A stretch of 32,351 nt of DNA from Elusimicrobiota bacterium. GTDB lineage: Bacteria > Elusimicrobiota > Endomicrobiia > Endomicrobiales > JBDRNC01. Below the pieces are notes generated by a model. That model was given only the letters and a program-made list of their open reading frames with translations, had not been told where the DNA came from and searched no databases. Below are positions 17,764 through 25,507 of this stretch, in pieces (positions within the stretch are counted from its first letter, which is position 1; each line of letters starts with the position of its first letter). A program made the translations under genes and the position numbers. The stretch is from NCBI GenBank assembly GCA_043811535.1, contig JBDRNC010000030.1, forward strand, positions 1-32,351, written 5' to 3'.

Positions 17764-18429
17764 ATGTTTAGGAAATCTCTTATTTACCTGGTGTTAATCC
17801 TAGGGCTGTTCGTGTTGTTCAAGGGAACGCTTTACGCGGGTATTAATTCTTCGGCCTACATCACGATAAGGTGCACGGCTACTATCTCGATAGAGCTGTT
17901 CAACAGGGCGGCGGGAGGAGGTCTTCTCGAGAAAACTTCGTATTACAACTTCGGAGAAGTCGCGGCGGCCAGCACTGCCACGGCGCTCAATCCGATAGGT
18001 GTCCGCAACAACTCTACGGGCGCCATAACCAAGTGGGAACTGGACGTTCTTGAGGATGGCGGATACATAGACCAGGGCGCCGCTTACCAGTGGACGCTCG
18101 GATCAGCGCCCGGAATCAACAAGGCCGCCATGTTCGCGAAGTTTTCTTCAACCACGCTCACGAACGATGATTTCGACATGTCCGTGGACAGCCTGACAAC
18201 GACCACGCAGGGAGCGAAGACCTACTCCATGACGAACTTCTACAGCTACTGCTCCCAGTACCTGGACTCCAGCTACGCGGGCGGAGCTAACATGGTGCTT
18301 CCCTCAACCTATGACGGCAGCCCGGAAGGCAAGGCCGAGAGACAGCTGTGGATTAAGATGCTTACGCCCACTGCCGTGAACGGTGCAAATCAGGATATCA
18401 CGATTCTGCTGAGACTTACAGCGAAATAA
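17764..18429 (+). CDS. Secreted pilin/WxL-like subunit (tandem copy 1)
   Basis: GGAGG RBS; signal peptide; SAYITIRCTATISIEL, VRNNSTGAITKWEL, QWTLG, LWIKMLTP. Confidence 0.75.
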   Translation: MFRKSLIYLVLILGLFVLFKGTLYAGINSSAYITIRCTATISIELFNRAAGGGLLEKTSYYNFGEVAAASTATALNPIGVRNNSTGAITKWELDVLEDGGYIDQGAAYQWTLGSAPGINKAAMFAKFSSTTLTNDDFDMSVDSLTTTTQGAKTYSMTNFYSYCSQYLDSSYAGGANMVLPSTYDGSPEGKAERQLWIKMLTPTAVNGANQDITILLRLTAK

Positions 18430-18435
18430 GTAAAA

Positions 18436-18730
18436 ACAAGACGGAAGATGGAAGACGGAAGACGGAACAACAAGGCAGAAGAAAATAAAAAGGAGAGTTT
18501 ATGAAAGAAGGAAGATGGAAGACGGAGCAACAAGACGGAAGACTGAAGAGGGAAGATGGAAGTAGCGAGACAAAAGGCGGAAGAAAAATAACTGAAAAGG
18601 AGGATGTTATGAAAGAAGGAAGATGGAAGACGGGACAACAAGATGGAAGACTGAAGAAGGAAGAAGGAAACTGCAGGATAGAAGAAAGAAGATGGAAGAC
18701 GGAAGACGGAAGAGAACAGATGGAAGGATC
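18436..18730 (+). repeat. Purine-rich heptamer repeat tract with an internal ~108-bp duplication
   Basis: Many ggaagac/ggaagat units; ttatgaaagaaggaagatggaagacgg at 18499 and 18607. Confidence 0.8.
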
Positions 18731-18776
18731 ATGCGTGCCGGGAAACGGCGCAAATCTAAACAGGAGGTGGACTTCA

Positions 18777-19451
18777 ATGTTACGCAGATTAAAGCAGTCA
18801 TTGCTTCTGCTGGTCTCAGCGTTCGTTGTCGCAACGGTATGCGCGACGGCGGGTTACGCCGACAATCCGCAGTCGGCCTACATCACGATAAGGTGCACGG
18901 CTACTATCTCGATAGAGCTGTTCAACAGGGCGGCAGGAGGAGGGCTTCTCGAGAAAACATCGTATTACAACTTCGGCGATGTCGCGGCGGCCAGCACGGC
19001 CACGGCGGTTAATCCGATAGGCGTCCGCAACAACTCACAGGGCGCCATAACCCAGTGGGAGCTGGACGTTCTTGAGGATGGCGGATACATAGACCAGGGC
19101 GCAGCTTACCAGTGGACGCTCGGATCAGCGCCCGGAATCAACAAGGCCGCTATGTTCGTGAAGTTTTCTTCAACCACGCTCACGAACGATGATTTCGACA
19201 TGGCCGTAGACAGCCTGACAACGACCACGCAGGGAGCGAAGACCTACTCCATGACGAACTTCTACAGCTACTGCTCTCAGTACCTGGACTCCGAATACGC
19301 TGGCGGAGCGAACTTGGTGCTTCCGACGAGCTATGATGCCGGCGCGGAAGGCAAGGCCGAGAGACGGCTGTGGATTAAGATGCTTACGCCGACTGCCGTG
19401 AACGGAGCAAATCAGGATGTCTCGATACTGTTAAGGCTTACAGCGAAATAA
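18777..19451 (+). CDS. Secreted pilin/WxL-like subunit (tandem copy 2)
   Basis: AGGAGG RBS at 18762; different signal peptide; mature part differs from 17764 at about 16 of ~192 residues (hand count). Confidence 0.75.
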   Translation: MLRRLKQSLLLLVSAFVVATVCATAGYADNPQSAYITIRCTATISIELFNRAAGGGLLEKTSYYNFGDVAAASTATAVNPIGVRNNSQGAITQWELDVLEDGGYIDQGAAYQWTLGSAPGINKAAMFVKFSSTTLTNDDFDMAVDSLTTTTQGAKTYSMTNFYSYCSQYLDSEYAGGANLVLPTSYDAGAEGKAERRLWIKMLTPTAVNGANQDVSILLRLTAK

Positions 19452-19456
19452 GTAAA

Positions 19457-19525
19457 AACAAGACGGAAGACAGAAGAAAGAAGAAGGAAGACGGAAAAAA
19501 ATACGATGAGGACAAAAAGACGGAA
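19457..19525 (+). repeat. Purine-rich heptamer repeat
   Basis: aagacggaagacagaagaaagaagaaggaagacggaa. Confidence 0.7.
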
Positions 19526-19546
19526 AAGGAAATTGAGCAAAAAGTT

Positions 19547-22500
19547 ATGAGGAAATGGGCGTCACCATTATCTACTTTGTGTAGATTGTTACTAGCCCTG
19601 CTTGTACTGGGACAGGCGTGCTCTGTTCCCGTGTATTCAAGCGCTCCCGTAGCTGTCAGGATTGTGCCGAATTACGCCAATCCTCCGGGCGTTCTAACAG
19701 GGATAGTTACTGTCCCTGATTATTCAGCGCCTGAAGACAAGGGCAAGATCAAACTCCAATGGCGCGCTCCGGCGGCCGAGCAAAACACGGATGACGTGTT
19801 CTCCTACATCATCAAATACGCTACATTCTCCGTATCGGATGTGGGAAGCAACACTAACACTTGGTGGAACCATCCGAACTGTTTGACTGTGCTGGATCCG
19901 GAACTCCCGAATTCATGGGGATACAAGGCGCATTCCGCCAGAGGAACGATCGAAACCGTCAACATCTCCGAACTGATCGGAGGCGTGCGTTACTATTTCG
20001 GCGTGAAATCCGTGGACAGGTACAAGAGAGCGTCTGATTATGACGATCCTATGGCAGGCATAACAAATCAAACACAGGGCTTCACGACTACTCCGCCGTG
20101 GACACCGTACAACATCACTACCATCACGGCACTGGCAACGACCAAGAGAGGACAGGCCAATCTCGAATGGACCGCGCCGGTATTCATCGATACGTCGGGA
20201 TTCCTGGTTTCGGGCAACATACCTCATTCGGGCGAATATTGCGTGCAGTATTCAACAACGCACGAACTTACGAGCGGCGAAACGATCTTAGACACGGAAC
20301 TTTACAAATTATACCTGCCTGACAATACGAACAATTGGGTCGGATCCACGCGGGTCACAATATCAACTTACAACGTGACAAGCGGCGACCAGCAGCGGAT
20401 CTTATTGACAGGGCTCACCAAACCTACGACATATTTCTTCCACATTTTCACAAAGAACGATTGGCCCAACAGGTGGTCAAACGCTTCCTTTACTGCTCAA
20501 GTCATGCCTTACTGGTACTTTAAACCGGTTCAAACCGTCACTGCTATAGCTTCAGGCTCAACCGACACAAATATCGGCAGCTACGCGTCGCTTACCTGGA
20601 CAAATCCGGCTACGGAACCCGAACTTGTCGGAACACGCGTTTGCTATTCCAATTCGACATACCCGAGTTCATACGCATGGCCTACATATATTGACTTACA
20701 GCCGCAACTAACAGCGCAAACAACCGACTATCAACATATACAGCTTCTGCCGAGGACGTCGTACTACTACACTCTCTATGCTTACGATACTGACGGATAC
20801 TACTCGGCCGGTATCAGTACCATGGTATATACCGGCACCGACCTTATCGCGCCTGACCTGGTTCAGAACCTGACCGGACTCATAGGCGTGGATATATCGG
20901 GCGGCGTAGACAGGTACTTTATCACACTTAATTGGACAACTCCGGACTCAGCGCCGCTTTACAGGAACTCGGATTATCAGGGCGCGAGGCTGTACTTCAG
21001 CACTATAACGACCGTAATCTCGCAGCACGAATACGCTAACACTTTCGGCGGCACTAACAGCCTGCCGCAGCAATTCTTGCACGACAACCTGCAGCCGCTC
21101 ACAACTTATTATTATTCAATGGAATCTTACGACCTGGCGGGCAATTCGTCCACTGTCAGATCGGCGGCCCTGCTGTACATCTCGGAAGAGTATGTCGCTC
21201 CTTCCAGGCCGACGCTGCTCAGCGCTGTAACAGCCAGCGTCACCAGCAGAGAAACCGGCAACACGCTTTACCTGAGATGGACAAGCCCGCCGGAACCTCA
21301 GACATCCGGCATGAGGGTAGTGCTGCGCACGGATAGATTCGCAAGATACTACAGCGACATCCAAGAATACACGCTCGTCCATAATTGGGCGGGAGGCGCC
21401 AACACGACGGCTGACTACACATACAAGCAGCTGTTGTCAAATACGACATATTACACGTCATTGTTCGCCATCTCCAAATACGGCGTGGCTTCAAGGTCAA
21501 CTACAACCTATATCTACATTACCGTTCCATGGGTTGACACAGTGGCCCCGTACGCTCCGCAGAATATAAAGATCGCGTCCAGGACATCTAATACAAGAAC
21601 TATTGAATGGCGCCACGTAACCCGCAACGCGGACTACGCGCAATTCAGCAATCCCGACGCGCCCAGGATTGACGAACTGCTCGCGTACAAGGTATTCCGC
21701 AGCACCGGCATCATGTCGAACGACTGGTATTCTGTCGGGACGGTCATGGCGGGCATAAACTCCTATACGGATACCCTGCCGGATAACCGCATGTACTTCT
21801 ACAAGGTGCGAGCCATAGACGCTACCGGCAACTATAATGATTCGACATTGCTGAGTAGCGAAGGCGATCTGATATTCGTCAATATCGACGGAAGCTACCT
21901 CTGGCTGTCAGAAGCGCTCTCTCGCGCTCTTGACAAGGATTACAACACGTACAAGTACGACCTGACGGTTAAATTCAACTCGAACGCTTCCGATGAGCTC
22001 GGCCCTGTACTCAAGTCTCTTGAATGGGACGCGTACAAGATAATTGATTCTTCGGCGGGCGCCAACCTTTCCAAGGTTGACGGTTTCAGCCCGTCCAAGG
22101 CACTGGGAGCAACGCCCGAATCGGCTGACCTCGGACTGACCTATGCCGTCGGCAGCAGCAATTCAGCGATTTCGTTCTCGCCGGCGGCCAAGAAACTGAC
22201 CCCCGAGCAGGCGGCCAAGCAGGTCTCCATGTACTACTTCAACGGCGTGGAATGGCTGAAGCTCAGCGGCACGGTCAACGCCGAATACGGCACTGTCAAT
22301 TCAAAGGTCAAGTTCGCGGGCAAGTACCAGTTAAGGATGGCGGCTCCCGCCACCGAATTCACGTTCTACGGCGTGCTGCCCAAGATAATAACTCCGAACA
22401 ACGACGGGCAGAACGACAAGGCGCTGTTCAGGTTCGCGAACCCGAAAGAATCCGTCATAAGCGTCAGGATATTTGACGTCAAGGGCGCGCTCGTCAGGAA

Positions 22501-22663
22501 ACTTGACGACACGAACAGGACCTCCGACAGCCAGGAAGGCGCGGGCTTCATATCATGGGACGGCACGGACAAGGACGGCATGACCGTCATGCCCGGCGTG
22601 TATATCTATCAGTTCGAAGGCGAAGGCAAGGTCATCAACGGAACAGTGGTAGTAGCCAGATAA
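19547..22663 (+). CDS. Large secreted multi-FN3 protein with a C-terminal FlgD-Ig / gliding-motility (CHU_C, T9SS type-B-like) domain
   Basis: Repeated L.W..P...L...T.YY FN3 units; C-terminal PKIITPNNDGQND...IFDVKGALVR...WDG.D..G..V.PGVYIY...GTVVVAR. Confidence 0.85.
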   Translation: MRKWASPLSTLCRLLLALLVLGQACSVPVYSSAPVAVRIVPNYANPPGVLTGIVTVPDYSAPEDKGKIKLQWRAPAAEQNTDDVFSYIIKYATFSVSDVGSNTNTWWNHPNCLTVLDPELPNSWGYKAHSARGTIETVNISELIGGVRYYFGVKSVDRYKRASDYDDPMAGITNQTQGFTTTPPWTPYNITTITALATTKRGQANLEWTAPVFIDTSGFLVSGNIPHSGEYCVQYSTTHELTSGETILDTELYKLYLPDNTNNWVGSTRVTISTYNVTSGDQQRILLTGLTKPTTYFFHIFTKNDWPNRWSNASFTAQVMPYWYFKPVQTVTAIASGSTDTNIGSYASLTWTNPATEPELVGTRVCYSNSTYPSSYAWPTYIDLQPQLTAQTTDYQHIQLLPRTSYYYTLYAYDTDGYYSAGISTMVYTGTDLIAPDLVQNLTGLIGVDISGGVDRYFITLNWTTPDSAPLYRNSDYQGARLYFSTITTVISQHEYANTFGGTNSLPQQFLHDNLQPLTTYYYSMESYDLAGNSSTVRSAALLYISEEYVAPSRPTLLSAVTASVTSRETGNTLYLRWTSPPEPQTSGMRVVLRTDRFARYYSDIQEYTLVHNWAGGANTTADYTYKQLLSNTTYYTSLFAISKYGVASRSTTTYIYITVPWVDTVAPYAPQNIKIASRTSNTRTIEWRHVTRNADYAQFSNPDAPRIDELLAYKVFRSTGIMSNDWYSVGTVMAGINSYTDTLPDNRMYFYKVRAIDATGNYNDSTLLSSEGDLIFVNIDGSYLWLSEALSRALDKDYNTYKYDLTVKFNSNASDELGPVLKSLEWDAYKIIDSSAGANLSKVDGFSPSKALGATPESADLGLTYAVGSSNSAISFSPAAKKLTPEQAAKQVSMYYFNGVEWLKLSGTVNAEYGTVNSKVKFAGKYQLRMAAPATEFTFYGVLPKIITPNNDGQNDKALFRFANPKESVISVRIFDVKGALVRKLDDTNRTSDSQEGAGFISWDGTDKDGMTVMPGVYIYQFEGEGKVINGTVVVAR

Positions 22664-22742
22664 GACGGAAGAAGGAAGATCGAAGACGGAAGGAAAAGGA
22701 ATGAATATGAAAATAAAGAAAACTCAATTACTGGAGGTTGTT

Positions 22743-24350
22743 ATGAATTCAATCAGATTAAAAATGAAACGCATGAGGATCCGGCAATTATTGATTGCTT
22801 TGTCTTTGAGTTGTGCCGTTTCTTCCTTCTTCCTTCTTCCGTCTTCGCTGTTCGCGGCATTTGAGGACACTCCTATCGGCGGGCGCCCCACCGGTCTCGG
22901 CGGAGCCTACGCGGGACTTGCCGACGATGTCTATTCGATCTATTACAACCCGGCCGGACTGGCGTTGATGCCGCAGTCGGAATTCGCGGCGCAGTACAGC
23001 AAGCTGTTCGTGGGATTGGACGATAATTCAAACTTAAATCAGTCGTTCCTGGCGCTGGGGCGGCCGCTGAAGTATAAACGCGATTACGGCACCATAGGCG
23101 CGGGCTGGCTCAAATTCGAGCTTGCGGGCCTTTACCAGGAAAACACATTCTTCCTGACATACGCGAAATACGGACTGCTTCCCAGATTGAGCGTCGGAGT
23201 GAACCTCAAGTACCTGAAACTCGCTTACGGCGAGGACAGCTATACAAGGAACGCTATAGTGGATGATTTCGGAAACACGGGCGGGGCGGCGGACAGCCTT
23301 TTCCAGAAATTCGGCAATTCCGTGGGCAGAGTTGATCTTGACCTGGGCGCCCAGATGAAATTCGGAGGGAACTATAAGGTCGGCCTCATGGTGCAGAACA
23401 TTACCGAGCCGAACCTCGCGCTTCAGGATACGGTCAGCGCGCCTTTGCCCAGGACTTTCAGGCTCGGAGTGGCGCACACAGGGCCGACGTTCGCAGTAGC
23501 CGTTGACGGAATAACCAGGAAAGTCAACCAGAACACGGACTGGGAAATAGACACCGGCGCCGAGAAATGGTTCAAGTTCGGCATGGTGTTCAGGGGCGGC
23601 GTATCCATAGGAAGCAGGGAGCTTGCCAACGTCGCGGCCGGCATCGGATATGAAGTGAATAATTTCCACATAGATTACGCTATCGTGTATCCTTTGCAGG
23701 GCATCAAGGACACCATGGGGAACCACCGCATATCATTGAAGACAAAGTTCGGGCCCGTCATGCGGGAGAAAGTGGAGAATGAGGAATTACTGCTCAAGAT
23801 TGAGAAAGAAAAAGAAATGCGCGTCAAAGCGGAGAAGGAACTCGTCGACGCGAGGCTGGAGATCGAGAAACTGCGCAAAGAGATAGAAGAACTGCTTAAG
23901 CGCCCGGTCGCGCCCGTGTCGCCGATGCCCGGAATTCCCGAGGTGAGCGCGCCGGCTGAAAAAGGCAAGCCGGGTGAGGCTATCAAGAAAAAGCCCGCCG
24001 GACCGGCGACTACGACCGGTTACATAGGCGAAATGAACAGTTACCGGAGGTCCGGGAACCAGATGACGATACCTCAGAGGATCGATTACCTGAAAAATGT
24101 CGTGGACACGTACAAGGGCAAAGTAAACACTTCGGATGCCGATACCGAATACATGATAATGGTCGAAGAACTCAAGGCCCAGAAGAAGTATTACCGCGAT
24201 TCTCTGACATACTACAAGAGAATGGTCAATCAGGGTATTACGGCCGATGAGCAGACAAGCATACTGAAGAAAATGATCAGCAAATACGAGGCAATAGGAA
24301 TTGACGTATCCGAAGCCAAGAAGGAACTGGGAAAAGTGCAGGCGCAATAA
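22743..24350 (+). CDS. PorP/SprF- or PorV-like outer-membrane beta-barrel with a C-terminal coiled-coil extension
   Basis: GGRPTGLGGAYAGLADD..SIYYNPAGLA N-terminal motif; barrel ends IDYA...HRISL..KFG; GGAGG RBS before ATG 22743. Confidence 0.8.
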   Translation: MNSIRLKMKRMRIRQLLIALSLSCAVSSFFLLPSSLFAAFEDTPIGGRPTGLGGAYAGLADDVYSIYYNPAGLALMPQSEFAAQYSKLFVGLDDNSNLNQSFLALGRPLKYKRDYGTIGAGWLKFELAGLYQENTFFLTYAKYGLLPRLSVGVNLKYLKLAYGEDSYTRNAIVDDFGNTGGAADSLFQKFGNSVGRVDLDLGAQMKFGGNYKVGLMVQNITEPNLALQDTVSAPLPRTFRLGVAHTGPTFAVAVDGITRKVNQNTDWEIDTGAEKWFKFGMVFRGGVSIGSRELANVAAGIGYEVNNFHIDYAIVYPLQGIKDTMGNHRISLKTKFGPVMREKVENEELLLKIEKEKEMRVKAEKELVDARLEIEKLRKEIEELLKRPVAPVSPMPGIPEVSAPAEKGKPGEAIKKKPAGPATTTGYIGEMNSYRRSGNQMTIPQRIDYLKNVVDTYKGKVNTSDADTEYMIMVEELKAQKKYYRDSLTYYKRMVNQGITADEQTSILKKMISKYEAIGIDVSEAKKELGKVQAQ

Positions 24351-24355
24351 AATAA

Positions 24356-24537
24356 GACTAATGGCTAAATGGTTAAATAGCTAAATGGCTAATAAAGACA
24401 CGGACAAATGGCCAAACGGTTAAATGGTTTAAGACGTTAGCAATATGGCAATAAAGCCATTTAGCAATTGTTTATATGTTCAGCCATTCAGCCGTGTTGT
24501 TAGCAGCCATTTAACCATCAAGCCATTTAGCAATTTG
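24356..24537. repeat. Octamer-periodic inverted-repeat element
   Basis: atggctaaatggttaaatagctaaatggct...ggtttaagacgttagcaat...agccatttagcaat. Confidence 0.85.
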
Positions 24538-24552
24538 CCTTACCAAAACTGT

Positions 24553-24581
24553 TTGAAATTTTATAGGAAAAGAGGTATAAT
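24553..24581 (+). promoter_or_regulatory. Sigma70-like promoter
   Basis: TTGAAA-17 bp-TATAAT. Confidence 0.6.
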
Positions 24582-24675
24582 TATGATTGACAAAATCTTT
24601 GAATTATTCGAAAAAGTCTTATTTTATGAACATCCCGGCAACAGTACCGGCCGCGCTCCGGCTGGTTCCAAAAAA

Positions 24676-25095
24676 ATGAAGAAAGTCAAAGGCCTTGCCG
24701 TACTCTTCGTCTTAACGCCTTCTCTGGCCTTCGCAGTATTCTCTCTGCTGATGCTTTTTTCCATTCCTATTTCTCTGGCGCCGGTTGAGAATCTGTGCGC
24801 CGAACTGAAGGTATACCCCAAAATAATCACCCCGGGATCGCCCCCGGAAAACGAAAAGGTCTTCTTTGACTTTACTGATTTTGACGACCCAAAACCCACT
24901 CTGAGGATTATAGACATAACCGGCAGGAAAGTAAGGGATATACTCACTCTGAACCCCCAGCCGTTCAGTACCGGCTGGCGACTGACATGGGACGGCAGGG
25001 ATGAAAACGGCTCTCTCGTTCTGCCCGGGATATATATTTACCAGTGGGAGGAAGGGACCAAGACCATTAACGGAACGATTGTCGTGTCGAGGTGA
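24676..25095 (+). CDS. Small secreted protein consisting essentially of a FlgD-Ig/CHU_C-like CTD
   Basis: Hydrophobic N-terminus, then VYPKIITP...IIDITGRKVR...WDGRDENG..V.PGIYIY...GTIVVSR; start uncertain (24583 is an alternative). Confidence 0.75.
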   Translation: MKKVKGLAVLFVLTPSLAFAVFSLLMLFSIPISLAPVENLCAELKVYPKIITPGSPPENEKVFFDFTDFDDPKPTLRIIDITGRKVRDILTLNPQPFSTGWRLTWDGRDENGSLVLPGIYIYQWEEGTKTINGTIVVSR

Positions 25096-25112
25096 CGAAT
25101 CGCATGGGCGAT

Positions 25113-25488
25113 TTGTCATCCCCGAATGTCTAAATCGGGGATCCACAATTGGGGGGGTCTTGAATCATAATTTCTTTGTATACATACTCTCTAGTAAAAT
25201 AAATGGAACCATATATGTTGGCGTTACTAATGACCTTGTTAGACGAGTATATGAACATAAGAATGGTTTGGTAAAAGGTTTCACTAAAAAATATAAAGTT
25301 CATTGTTTGGTCTATTTTGAATCAATTCAAGACATTAATGCCGCGATTGAAAGGGAAAAACGCATCAAAAAGTGGAATAGAAATTGGAAGAAAGCATTAA
25401 TTGAAAAGAATAATCCTGAGTGGCAGGATTTATATAATGATATTCTGTAATAACTATGGGTTCCCGCTTAAAACCGCGGGAATGACAA
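25113..25488 (+). mobile_element. GIY-YIG gene flanked by inverted REP-like palindromes (25113-25145, 25457-25488)
   Basis: ttgtcatccccg...cggggatcca upstream and tgggttcccg...cgggaatgacaa downstream, in opposite orientation; AT-rich interior. Confidence 0.65.
25160..25450 (+). CDS. GIY-YIG nuclease family protein (UPF0213/YhbQ-like)
   Basis: FVYILSS..NGTIYVGVTNDL.RR..EH, FTKKY, LVYFE, AIEREK.IKKW.R.WK..LIE..NP.W; TTG start after a G-rich RBS. Confidence 0.92.
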   Translation: MNHNFFVYILSSKINGTIYVGVTNDLVRRVYEHKNGLVKGFTKKYKVHCLVYFESIQDINAAIEREKRIKKWNRNWKKALIEKNNPEWQDLYNDIL

Positions 25489-25507
25489 GTTGTTTGGCAA
25501 TTTATTT

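Noticed and set aside
18501..18776. 92-aa N-terminal extension of the second tandem subunit
   Set aside because: Translation of the purine heptamer repeat; AGGAGG plus ATG 18777 gives a normal signal peptide. In-frame RBS+ATG at 18501 and 18609 exist, so it is not fully excluded
17851..19470. Diversity-generating retroelement template/variable repeat pair
   Set aside because: Differences are not confined to adenines, both copies are full ORFs, and no reverse transcriptase is present
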